DNA of 64,000 nt, from the NCBI RefSeq assembly GCF_965219775.1, contig NZ_OZ244793.1, positions 1,844,757-1,908,756 on the forward strand, in the 5' to 3' direction. This DNA is from Candidatus Poriferisocius sp. Lineage in GTDB: Bacteria; Actinomycetota; Acidimicrobiia; Acidimicrobiales; Bin134. A model generated the notes under the pieces. That model was not told the origin of the DNA. It was given only the letters and a program-made list of their open reading frames with translations, and ran no database searches. Of this stretch, positions 19,904 to 28,281 are shown piece after piece (within the stretch, counting starts at the first letter, position 1; each line of letters begins with the position of its first letter). Made by a program: the position numbers and the translations under genes.

Positions 19904-20746
19904 CTAGGCCTCGGTGAGCGGGCCGTACATATCGGGGCGGCGGTCGCGGTAGAAGGCCCACTGGGCCCGGACCTCGTCGATCATGGCGAAGTCCAGGTCG
20001 CGGATCACCAGCTCCTCGTTCTGGTCCGAGGCCGGATCATCCACGAACTGGCCGCGGGGGTTGGCGAAGTACGAGGTGCCGTAGAAGTCGTTGTCGCCCA
20101 ACGGCTCCACGCCCACCCGGTTGATGGCCCCCACGAAGTACATGTTGGCCGCGGCCGACGCCGTCTGTTCGAGCTGCCACAGGTAGGCCGACAGGCCCCG
20201 GCTGGTGGCCGAGGGGTTGAACACGACCTGGGCGCCGTTGAGCCCGAGCGCCCGCCACCCCTCGGGGAAATGGCGGTCGTAGCAGATGTACACGCCGACC
20301 CGGCCCACCGCAGTGTCGAACACCGGGTAGCCCAGGTTGCCGGGGCGGAAGTAGAACTTCTCCCAGAAGCCCTTCACCTGGGGGATGTGGGTCTTGCGGT
20401 ACTTGCCCAGGTAGGTGCCGTCGGCGTCGATCACCGCCGCGGTGTTGTAGAGGATGCCCGGCTGCTCCTCCTCGTACATGGGCAGCACCATCACCATGCC
20501 GTGGCGGGCGGCGATCTCCTGGAATCGCTTGGTGGTGGGGCCGTCGGGAATGGCCTCGGCGTAGCGGTAGTACTCGGCCTCCTGCACTTGGCAGAAATAG
20601 GGGCCGTAGAACAGCTCCTGGAAGCACATGACCTGGGTGCCCGCAGCCGCCGCCTCGGCCGTGTACTTCTCGTGCTGGTCGATCATCGACTCCTGGTCGC
20701 CGGTCCAGGCGACCTGCACGATGGCTGCTCTGACCACGTCGGACAT
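19904..20746 (-). CDS. beta-ureidopropionase (nitrilase-superfamily N-carbamoyl-beta-alanine amidohydrolase)
   Basis: C-terminal 280 aa of ORF 19904..22105, from MSDVVRAAIVQ (ATG 20746, GGAGGTG upstream). CFQE...DGPTT...GKYRKTHIP...ICYDRHFPE...FNPSAT is colinear with eukaryote-type beta-alanine synthase. Confidence 0.88.
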   Translation of the reverse strand: MSDVVRAAIVQVAWTGDQESMIDQHEKYTAEAAAAGTQVMCFQELFYGPYFCQVQEAEYYRYAEAIPDGPTTKRFQEIAARHGMVMVLPMYEEEQPGILYNTAAVIDADGTYLGKYRKTHIPQVKGFWEKFYFRPGNLGYPVFDTAVGRVGVYICYDRHFPEGWRALGLNGAQVVFNPSATSRGLSAYLWQLEQTASAAANMYFVGAINRVGVEPLGDNDFYGTSYFANPRGQFVDDPASDQNEELVIRDLDFAMIDEVRAQWAFYRDRRPDMYGPLTEA

Positions 20747-20943
20747 GGGGCACCTCCGAAGCTCTCCGGCGACGCCGACGAGGGCCACGTCTCGACGGCA
20801 CGGCCTTGAGGAATAAACCCCCGATTCTTGCTGATGGCGAGGCCCGGAATCAAGAGGCCTCTCGCCCGCCTGCGGCTGGGTTCGGCTGGGTTGGCCCTGT
20901 CCGGCTACCCCGAGGAGACGGGGTGGTGGACGCGGTTCGGCGG

Positions 20944-22260
20944 CTACGAGGAGACGGGGTGGGCCAGCACCCGGTCGAGTTCGGCGTGCATGTTCACCAG
21001 GCGGCAGTCGAAGTCGCCCAACACCAGCTCGTCGATGCCGTCGGAGGCCATGCCGGCCTGCACCCGGCCGATGCCGTCGAGGTCCTGGTTCACCACCTCG
21101 GCGATGACCGTGCCCTCGGGGAACTCGATCATCTCCGGGGGCGGGCCGGCGCCGTTGTGCGATCCCAATCGGTGGAACAACCAGAAGTCGAAGTGGGAGC
21201 GTCCGGGGTGGTCGCCGGGGCGGGCCCGGAAGATGGTGAACAGGTCGCTGTGCACGTTCAACACCACGTTGGGGAATACCAGGTAGTGGTAGTCGTCGAG
21301 GATCTGCTCGTCGTTGTAGTGGGTGAAGTCCACCCCTTCGGCGGCCGCCCGACCGCGCACCTTGTCCACCGCCCAGTCCCGGGCGCTGCGGCCGTCCAGG
21401 TCGGGGTGGTCGCCCGGCGCCATCCCCAGCATGGAGCTGTAGTTGTCCACGAAGGCCTGGGCCACCTGGGCCTGGTCGGCGTCGGGGAACCGGGGCGATC
21501 CGACCCCCAGGGGGATCTTCATCATGGAGTGGCCCCGGTCCCACAGTTCGTAGGTGGTGTTGAGGGCGTCCATGAACCCCCGCAGCCCGGGGTGCAGGCC
21601 CTCCACGTGGTAGGCCTCGTTGAAGGCGTCCACCGTGGTCTTCCAGTTGCCGGCCAGCGGAATGGTCCACGAGGCGGTGAGGGTTCGTTCGTCCAGCTTG
21701 AACGGGGCCAGGGTGGACGGCACCGGGTCGAGGAACTCCTCCAGGTCGGGGCCGTCGGGCGTGGGGTTGATGAACACCATCTGGTGCCACACCCCCAGCC
21801 GCACGGGGGCCAGCGACAGGTCGTCGTTGGCGATCACGCCGAAGTTCTTGCGGTACACCACCTCTCGCAGGGAGCCGTCGAGGCCGTAGCACCAGTCGTG
21901 GAAGCCGCAGCGCAGCTCGTCGGCGTGGCCCTTGCCCTCGCACAACCGGAACCCCCGGTGGCGACAGGCGTTGTGGAAGGCCCGTAACTCGCCGTCGTGG
22001 TCGCGCACCACCAGATAGCTCTGGTCGCCGATGCGGTACTCGCACCAGTCGCCGGGCTCGGCCACGTCGGTGGTCAAACAGGCGAGCTGCCAGGTGGCGG
22101 GCCACAGCCGCCGCCGCTCCAGGGCGGCGAACTCCTCCTCCAGGTAGCGGCCCTTGGGCAACCGGGCCGGGAGACCCGCGCCGTCGCCCGCCCGGAGGCG
22201 GTACCGATCGAACTCTGGTGCCTTGGTGGGGGCGGCCTTGGTGGTGGCGGCCGGGCTCAT
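20944..22260 (-). CDS. Rieske [2Fe-2S] aromatic-ring-hydroxylating oxygenase, alpha subunit
   Basis: Rieske motif CRHRGFRLC...CGFHDWCY. The C-terminal catalytic domain has a mononuclear-iron region (NEAYHVEGLH). Confidence 0.85.
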   Translation of the reverse strand: MSPAATTKAAPTKAPEFDRYRLRAGDGAGLPARLPKGRYLEEEFAALERRRLWPATWQLACLTTDVAEPGDWCEYRIGDQSYLVVRDHDGELRAFHNACRHRGFRLCEGKGHADELRCGFHDWCYGLDGSLREVVYRKNFGVIANDDLSLAPVRLGVWHQMVFINPTPDGPDLEEFLDPVPSTLAPFKLDERTLTASWTIPLAGNWKTTVDAFNEAYHVEGLHPGLRGFMDALNTTYELWDRGHSMMKIPLGVGSPRFPDADQAQVAQAFVDNYSSMLGMAPGDHPDLDGRSARDWAVDKVRGRAAAEGVDFTHYNDEQILDDYHYLVFPNVVLNVHSDLFTIFRARPGDHPGRSHFDFWLFHRLGSHNGAGPPPEMIEFPEGTVIAEVVNQDLDGIGRVQAGMASDGIDELVLGDFDCRLVNMHAELDRVLAHPVSS

Positions 22261-22297
22261 CGGTACCGGTCGAGGTCTGGTGCGGGGGCGGCCTTGG

Positions 22298-24043
22298 TCA
22301 TCGAGCGCCGCGCACCAGGCGTCCGGGGCGGGCGCCGGTGTCGGAGCCGTGGCTGCGGGTGACCTCCCCGGCCACCAGGGTGGCCACGTAGCCCACGGCT
22401 TCCTGGTCGAGGCGGCGACCCCCGGCGGGCAGGTCGTGGACCACCCTCGGCGAGCGCAGGGTCAACGCCTGGTGGTCGATCACGTTCACGTCGGCCCGCT
22501 TGCCCACCTCCAGGGTGCCCCGGTCGCCCAGCCCGTACAGGGCGGCGGTGTCGTGGGTCTGCTTCTTCACCACCCACTCCAGGGGGAGTTGCTCGCCCCG
22601 GCTGCGGTCGCGGGTCCAGTGGGTGAGCATGAAGGTGGGGATGGAGGCGTCGCAGATCATGCCGCAGTGGGCGCCCCCGTCGGACAGGCCCGACACCCCG
22701 GCGGGATGCAGGAGCTGCTCGCGAATGACGTCGTGGTTCTCCTCGAAGTAGTTGAACATGGGCAGCATCATCAGGGCGTGGCCGTCGTCCTCCAGGCACA
22801 GGTCGTAGAGCATCTCCATGGGTTCCACGCCCCGAGCCTCGGCCAGAGCCGCCACCGTGCGGTCACCGGTGGGCTCGTAGTCGGGCGGATCGCCGATCAC
22901 GTACAGCCGGTGGAGCATCCTGGCCACCAGGGCGGGCATCTGGTCGAACAGCACGTTGGGGTTGGGCGGCAGGTCGTCTTCGGCCAGGATGGCCTGGCGG
23001 ACCGCCGGGGTGCGGAGTTCGGCCACCAGCTCGTCGAAGGGCAGGTGGGCCCGGGAGACGAAGTTCGGGCGCTTGGCGAAGGCGTGATTGGTCTGCAGGC
23101 CGATCAGCATCCCGAACGGGCGGCCGGCGATCTGGGGATACACCCGGGCGCCCTCGTCGGTGGCCCGCAGGGACTCGTCCATCATCTCCCGCCACAGGTC
23201 GGGGGCCCCGTCCACCTGCAGGAGGGCGAACGACACCGGCACGTCGAAGCGGGCCGACAGCCGCCGCATCCAGTCCATTTCCTTGGGCGGGGCCACCAAG
23301 TCGAGCCCGGCGGCTCCGGCGGGGGCCAGCTCGAACACCCCGGCCCCGGCGTCGGCCAGGGCCCGGCCCAGCCCGAACAGCTCGTCCTCGGCGGCGAACG
23401 TGCCCGGCACCGGCTCGCCGTCGATGGCCCGGTGGCCCAGCGTGCGGGAGGTGGACACCCCCAGCGCCCCGGCCTCCAGGGCCTCCCGGCTTATGGCGTA
23501 CATGGCCTCGATGTCGGCGGGGGTGGCGGGCTCGTTGCGGGCCCCCCGCTCGCCCATCACGTAGCCCCGCACCGCCCCGTGGGCCACCTGGGTGGCCACG
23601 TCGATGGACAGGCGGCGCTCGTCGAGCACGTCCAGATACTCGGGGAAGGTCTCCCACCCCCACGAGATGCCCTCCGACAGGGCGGCGCCGGGGATGTCCT
23701 CCACCCCTTCCATGAGCTGGATGAGCCATTCCTCGGTGCCGGGCCGCACCGGGGCGAACCCCACCCCGCAGTTGCCCATGACCACGGTGGTCACCCCGTG
23801 GCCCGACGACGGCTGGAGCTTCTCGTCCCAGGTCACCTGGCCGTCGTAGTGGGTGTGGCAGTCCACGAAGCCCGGTGTCACCACCAGGCCGTCGGCGTCG
23901 ATGGTGGTGGCCGCTTCGGGGGCCGGGCCGCCGCTGCGGTCCACCACGGCCACCTTGCCGTCCTTGATGCCGATGTGGCCGGTGAACCGGTCGGCCCCGG
24001 TCCCGTCCACCACGGTGCCATTGGCAATCACCTTGTCCAGCAC
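22298..24043 (-). CDS. N-acyl-D-amino-acid deacylase (D-aminoacylase) family amidohydrolase
   Basis: 581 aa with IANGTVVDGTG...GFVDCHTHYDGQVTWD. GTG start at 24043, 7 nt after GGGGGAGG. Confidence 0.85.
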   Translation of the reverse strand: MLDKVIANGTVVDGTGADRFTGHIGIKDGKVAVVDRSGGPAPEAATTIDADGLVVTPGFVDCHTHYDGQVTWDEKLQPSSGHGVTTVVMGNCGVGFAPVRPGTEEWLIQLMEGVEDIPGAALSEGISWGWETFPEYLDVLDERRLSIDVATQVAHGAVRGYVMGERGARNEPATPADIEAMYAISREALEAGALGVSTSRTLGHRAIDGEPVPGTFAAEDELFGLGRALADAGAGVFELAPAGAAGLDLVAPPKEMDWMRRLSARFDVPVSFALLQVDGAPDLWREMMDESLRATDEGARVYPQIAGRPFGMLIGLQTNHAFAKRPNFVSRAHLPFDELVAELRTPAVRQAILAEDDLPPNPNVLFDQMPALVARMLHRLYVIGDPPDYEPTGDRTVAALAEARGVEPMEMLYDLCLEDDGHALMMLPMFNYFEENHDVIREQLLHPAGVSGLSDGGAHCGMICDASIPTFMLTHWTRDRSRGEQLPLEWVVKKQTHDTAALYGLGDRGTLEVGKRADVNVIDHQALTLRSPRVVHDLPAGGRRLDQEAVGYVATLVAGEVTRSHGSDTGARPGRLVRGAR

Positions 24044-24141
24044 AGCACTACCTCCCCCTTGTCCGGCCCGTTGTCCGGATTGGCCCTTGGTGGGCCTAGT
24101 TTGTCGCCGTTGACGGCTGGTTGTCGACTACTGGTTGCCGG

Positions 24142-25884
24142 TTAGTGGCCGTTGGTGGCCCCGGCCCGGAGCAGCTTGCCGGGAGTGGCCCCGGTGGACA
24201 CCCCGTGGCGGCGGGTCACCACGCCGCTCACCATGGTGGCCACGTACCCGGTGGCCTGCTGGTCGAACCGCTGTCCGCCGGCGGGCAGGTCGGCCACCAA
24301 CTTCGGCGGGTGCAGCGTGAGCCGGTCGTGGTCGATGATGTTCAGGTCGGCCTTCATGCCCGGCTCCAGGGTGCCCCGGTCGGTCAGGCCGAACAGCCGA
24401 GCGGTGTCACGGGACTGCTTCTGCACCACGTACTCCAGCGGAAGCCGCTCGCCCCGCCGGCGGTCGCGGGCCCAGAAGGTGAGCAGCCAGGTGGGCATGG
24501 AGGCGTCGCAGATGGCCCCGCAGTGGGCACCGCCGTCGGACAGCCCCGACACCCCCGAGGGGTGCAGGAACATCTCCCGCACGGCATCGGCGTTGCCGTC
24601 GCTGTAGTTGAGGAACGGGAACAACAACAGGGCCCGCCCGTCGTCCTCCAGCAGGAGTTCGTACAGCAGGTCTTCGGTGTCGCGCCCCTGGGCCTCGGCG
24701 ATGGCGGCCACCGACCGCTCCGGGCCGGGCTCGTAGTCGGGCGGGTCGCCCAGCACATAGATGCGTTGAAGCTGGGTGCCCATGTACTCGGCGAACGGGT
24801 TGGTGAACGAACTCGACTCGGCCAGGATGGCCGCCTTGCGCTCGGGTCGGCGGAGTTCGGCCACCAGCTCGGCCAGGGGCAGCTCGGCGATCTCGGCGAA
24901 GCTGGGGCGGCTGCTGAAGGCGTGGTTGGTCTGCAGCCCGATGAGCACGCCGTTGCAGCGGGGGGCCACCTGGGGGTGGAGTTGGGCGCCCTCGGCGGCG
25001 GCGTCGGCCGACAGATCCATGATCTCCCGCCACATCCCGGGGGCGGCGTCGATCTGCACCAGGGCGAAGGTGACCGGGCGGCCGGTGGCGGCCGACAGGC
25101 GGCGCATCCAGTCGACCTCCTTGGCCGGGGCGGCCAGGTCCTCGCCGACCACGCCGGCGGGGGCCAGCTCGTACAGGCCGTGGCCCACCTCGGCCAGGGC
25201 CTCGCCGATGCCGAACAACTCGTCCTCGGCGGCGAAAGTGCCGGGCACCGGTTCGCCGTCGATGGCTTTGTGGGCGATGGTGCGCGACGTGGAGAAGCCG
25301 AAGGCCCCGGCCCGCAGGGCGTCGGCCACGATCTCGCGCATCTGGGCGATGTCCTCGGGGTTGGCCGGTTCGTTGCGGGCGCCCCGCTCCCCCATCACGT
25401 AGGCCCGCACGGCGCCGTGGGGCACCTGGCAGCCGATGTCCATCGACAAGGGCTTGCGCTCCAGGGCGTCGAGGTACTCGGGGAAGGTCTCCCACTCCCA
25501 GGTGATGCCCTCCGAAAGGGCGGCGCCGGGGATGTCCTCCACCCCCTCCATGAGCTGGATGAGCCACTCCTCGGTGCCGGGTCGCACCGGGGCGAACCCC
25601 ACCCCGCAGTTGCCCATCATCACGGTGGTCACCCCGTGGTGGGCCGACGGCTCCAGCACCGGGTCCCAGGTCACCTGGCCGTCGTAGTGGGTGTGGCAGT
25701 CCACGAAGCCCGGCGTCACCACCAGGCCGTCGGCGTCGATGATCTCGTCGGCCCGGAGGTCGGGGTTGCCCCCGGCGTACACCCCGGAGATGCGGTCCCC
25801 GTCGATGGCCACGTCGCCCACGAACGGCTCACCCCCCGTCCCGTCCACGATCAAACCACCGGAGATCACCACGTCATGTGCCAT
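24142..25884 (-). CDS. N-acyl-D-amino-acid deacylase family amidohydrolase (tandem paralog)
   Basis: 580 aa, colinear with 22298..24043 along the full length (same GFVDCHTHYDGQVTWD and MGNCGVGFAPVRPGTEEWLIQLMEGVEDIPGAALSEGI blocks). Confidence 0.85.
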   Translation of the reverse strand: MAHDVVISGGLIVDGTGGEPFVGDVAIDGDRISGVYAGGNPDLRADEIIDADGLVVTPGFVDCHTHYDGQVTWDPVLEPSAHHGVTTVMMGNCGVGFAPVRPGTEEWLIQLMEGVEDIPGAALSEGITWEWETFPEYLDALERKPLSMDIGCQVPHGAVRAYVMGERGARNEPANPEDIAQMREIVADALRAGAFGFSTSRTIAHKAIDGEPVPGTFAAEDELFGIGEALAEVGHGLYELAPAGVVGEDLAAPAKEVDWMRRLSAATGRPVTFALVQIDAAPGMWREIMDLSADAAAEGAQLHPQVAPRCNGVLIGLQTNHAFSSRPSFAEIAELPLAELVAELRRPERKAAILAESSSFTNPFAEYMGTQLQRIYVLGDPPDYEPGPERSVAAIAEAQGRDTEDLLYELLLEDDGRALLLFPFLNYSDGNADAVREMFLHPSGVSGLSDGGAHCGAICDASMPTWLLTFWARDRRRGERLPLEYVVQKQSRDTARLFGLTDRGTLEPGMKADLNIIDHDRLTLHPPKLVADLPAGGQRFDQQATGYVATMVSGVVTRRHGVSTGATPGKLLRAGATNGH

Positions 25885-25983
25885 CGCCCCATCCTAGGCC
25901 TCCTCACCCACCCCCATCCCACCCCGCACGGGGTCGGCAGGCCCGGCCTTCGGCGGCCCGCACCGTGCCGGGCGGGGGTGGGG

Positions 25984-25989
25984 TAGCAT
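25984..25989 (+). promoter_or_regulatory. candidate -10 hexamer (TAGCAT) positioned for a leaderless arsC-like transcript
   Basis: TAGCAT matches the TAnnnT consensus and ends 6 nt before ATG 25996. No Shine-Dalgarno sequence lies between them. This is pattern only. Confidence 0.3.
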
Positions 25990-25995
25990 CTCGCC

Positions 25996-26346
25996 ATGGC
26001 TGAGATCGCCGTGTATCACAACCCTGGTTGAGGCAAGTCCCGGGGCGCGCTGGAGATTCTCGAGGCGCGCGGCGTCGAGTTCGACGTCATCAAGTACCTG
26101 GACACCCCCCTCAGCCGGTCCGACCTGGAGCGGTTCCTGGAGATGCTGCCCAACGAACCCTCCGAGCTGGTTCGGCGCGACAACCACTTCAAGCAACTCG
26201 GGCTGGACATCGACGACTATCAGGAGGCCGATGCGGTGATCGACCTGTTGCTGGAGCACCCCAAGCTGATGCAGCGCCCGGTGGTGGTGCGGGGTGACCG
26301 GGCGGTGATCGCCCGGCCCTCGGAGCTGGTCGAAGAGCTGTTGTGA
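25996..26346 (+). CDS. ArsC/Spx/YffB-family redox protein with an in-frame TGA (26029..26031) at the catalytic Cys position; either a selenocysteine candidate or a nonsense pseudogene
   Basis: Manual frame-1 translation gives MAEIAVYHNPG-TGA-GKSRGALEILEARGVEFDVIKYLDTPLSRSDLERFLEMLPNEPSELVRRDNHFKQLGLDIDDYQEADAVIDLLLEHPKLMQRPVVVRGDRAVIARPSELVEELL (116 codons). It is colinear with R773 ArsC (IYHNPACGTSR...NRP). The ORF track shows only 26143..26346. The stop overlaps the next gene's GTG (GTGA). Confidence 0.6.
26045..26070 (+). other. GC-rich hairpin 14 nt downstream of the in-frame UGA (bacterial SECIS-like position)
   Basis: GCGCGCT (26045-51) pairs with GGCGCGC (26064-70), giving 6 GC pairs plus one G-U. 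The 12-nt loop GGAGAUUCUCGA can form a further 3-bp GAG/CUC stem. Confidence 0.4.
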
Positions 26347-27188
26347 CCACGACACCGGTGACGGCGCGCTCGGGGGGAGAAATGCTGGTGGCGGGCCCCG
26401 GCGGGCTGCCCTTCCCGGTGGCCGCGGTGTGGCGGCGGGCGCTGGCCCGGCTCATCGACGCCATCACCGTGTTCTTCATTCAGTGGATGCTCACGGTGAT
26501 CCAGTTGCTGTGGTTCATGGACGACGTGTCCACCCGCTGGCAGCCCGACCCCTGGGGGCGGGCGTCGGCCGCCGTGCTGGTGTACGTGTTCTTCCACTTC
26601 GTCTACACCATGGTGTTCCTGCGCTGGAACGAGGGGCAGACCCCGGCCATGGACCTCATGAACCTCCGGGCGGTGCGCACCGCCGACGGCAGCCATCTCG
26701 GGCTGGGCCGGTGTGCGCTCCGCTGGCTGGTGGGCGGGGCGTCGTGGGCGGTGCCGCCGGTGCTGTTCGGCGGGCTGGTGGTGAACGCCGCCACCTACTT
26801 GCCGGTGGCCTTCGACCGCCGTCGCCGCACGGTGTCGGATTGGCTGGCGGGTACCACGGTGATCGCGTACGACCGCGACAAGGAGGATCCCGGCGACCAG
26901 CCCGACGAGGTGCTCGACGAGTTCGGCCGACCCCTGTCGGTTCGGGCCCAGATTCGGCGCAAGTACGGGCTGTTGGGGATCTTCGGCGGCATCGGTGATC
27001 TGCCCGGCCGCCGCCGCAATCAGCCCCCCGCCGGCCGCCAACCGTCTCGGGATTCCCGGCGGCGCCAAGATTCGCTTACCATGTCGGCCACAACCAGGTC
27101 GGCATCGACACGACCGGGAGGCGGCGCCACCGAGGCCCGCCGCCCCGGGTCGGTCGGAGAACAACGGGGGGAGAGCCGTGGAAGCTGA
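26343..27188 (+). CDS. RDD-family membrane protein with a basic, disordered C-terminal tail
   Basis: WRRALARLIDAI... then TM segments then ...RRRRTVSDWLAGTTVI, giving the R-D-D signature positions. The GTG start overlaps the arsC-like stop. The end overlaps the dppD-like start by 11 nt. Confidence 0.7.
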   Translation: MTTTPVTARSGGEMLVAGPGGLPFPVAAVWRRALARLIDAITVFFIQWMLTVIQLLWFMDDVSTRWQPDPWGRASAAVLVYVFFHFVYTMVFLRWNEGQTPAMDLMNLRAVRTADGSHLGLGRCALRWLVGGASWAVPPVLFGGLVVNAATYLPVAFDRRRRTVSDWLAGTTVIAYDRDKEDPGDQPDEVLDEFGRPLSVRAQIRRKYGLLGIFGGIGDLPGRRRNQPPAGRQPSRDSRRRQDSLTMSATTRSASTRPGGGATEARRPGSVGEQRGESRGS

Positions 27189-28248
27189 GCGTCCGCTGCT
27201 GGAGGTGGAGAACCTCCGCACCTATTTCGACACGCCCAGGGGAATCCTCAAGGCGGTCGACGGGGTGAGCTTCTCGTTGGACAAGGGAGAGACCATCGGC
27301 ATCGTGGGCGAGTCGGGGTCGGGCAAGTCGGTGCTGGTGCGGTCGATCATGAACATCTTGACCAGCAACGCCATCGTGCCCGACGGCTCCGAGGTGTTCT
27401 TCGACGGCAAGGACACCCGCAACCTGAGCCGCAGCGAGGCCAAGCACTTCTGGGGTACCCAGATGGCCATGATCTTCCAGGACCCGATGACCTCGCTCAA
27501 CCCGGTCAAGAAGGTGGGGGTGCAGATCACCGAGTCGATCCGCTACCACCTCGGGGCCTCCAAGCAGGAGGCCATGGACCGGGCGCTGGAGCTGATGGTG
27601 CAGGTGGGCATCCCCGAGCCCCGCAAGCGGCTCCGGGAGTATCCCCACCAGTTGTCCGGCGGGATGCGCCAGCGGGTCACCATCGCCATTGCCTTGGCCT
27701 GCAACCCCAAGCTGCTGATCGCCGACGAGCCCACCACCGCGCTGGACGTGACCGTGCAAAAGCAGATCCTCGACCTTTTGGGCTCGCTGCAGGACGAGCT
27801 GGGCATGGCCATGATCCTCATCACCCACGACCTCGGCGTGGTGGCCGGCCGGGCCCGGCGCATCGGGGTGATGTACGCCGGGAAGATGGTGGAGACGGCC
27901 GACACCACCACGCTGTTCCACCACATGAACCACCCCTACACCGAGGCACTGTTCAAGTCGATCCCCCGGGTGGAGCACCAGAGCCACACCCGCCTCGACG
28001 CCATCAGCGGCCGCCCGCCCGACATGGTGCTGGAGCTGGTGGGCTGCCGGTTCGCCCCCCGGTGCCGTTATGCGCAGGAGCGGTGCCTCACCGAGGAGCC
28101 GGAGCTGTTCGACACCGGCCAGACCGGCCACCGCCAGGCCTGCTTCTACCCGGTGGGGTCGACGGAGAACGCCCAGGCGCTGGCCGCCAACCAGGAGTCC
28201 GGGATCACCGCCGCGGGCTTGGACCTGACCGCCGCCGCGGTGTCCTAG
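27178..28248 (+). CDS. oligopeptide/dipeptide-type ABC transporter ATP-binding protein (DppD/OppD-like)
   Basis: From ORF 26995..28248, GTG 27178 after [21 protein letters not shown], Walker [18 protein letters not shown], and a C-terminal oligopeptide-ABC extension with a Cys cluster ([14 protein letters not shown]). Confidence 0.85.
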   Translation: MEAERPLLEVENLRTYFDTPRGILKAVDGVSFSLDKGETIGIVGESGSGKSVLVRSIMNILTSNAIVPDGSEVFFDGKDTRNLSRSEAKHFWGTQMAMIFQDPMTSLNPVKKVGVQITESIRYHLGASKQEAMDRALELMVQVGIPEPRKRLREYPHQLSGGMRQRVTIAIALACNPKLLIADEPTTALDVTVQKQILDLLGSLQDELGMAMILITHDLGVVAGRARRIGVMYAGKMVETADTTTLFHHMNHPYTEALFKSIPRVEHQSHTRLDAISGRPPDMVLELVGCRFAPRCRYAQERCLTEEPELFDTGQTGHRQACFYPVGSTENAQALAANQESGITAAGLDLTAAAVS

Positions 28249-28281
28249 CGCGGCAAGCACCCAATCGAGGAGGACTCAGCA

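Noticed and set aside
20911-20962. A 16-nt direct repeat CGAGGAGACGGGGTGG (20911..20926 and 20947..20962) that duplicates the 3' end of the Rieske gene, plus tandem GGCTGGGTT x2 nearby.
   Set aside because: It is short and consistent with a small slippage or duplication scar in an intergenic region. No function can be argued from the sequence.
20747-22105. N-terminal extensions of merged ORFs: 19904..22105, 3619..5979, 4776..5981, 12721..14109, 40744..43965, 55433..58030, 40189..42906, 60919..62598, 26995..28248.
   Set aside because: Only the C-terminal portions show family motifs and sensible starts (SD sequences or stop/start coupling). The upstream portions overlap other well-supported genes in another frame.
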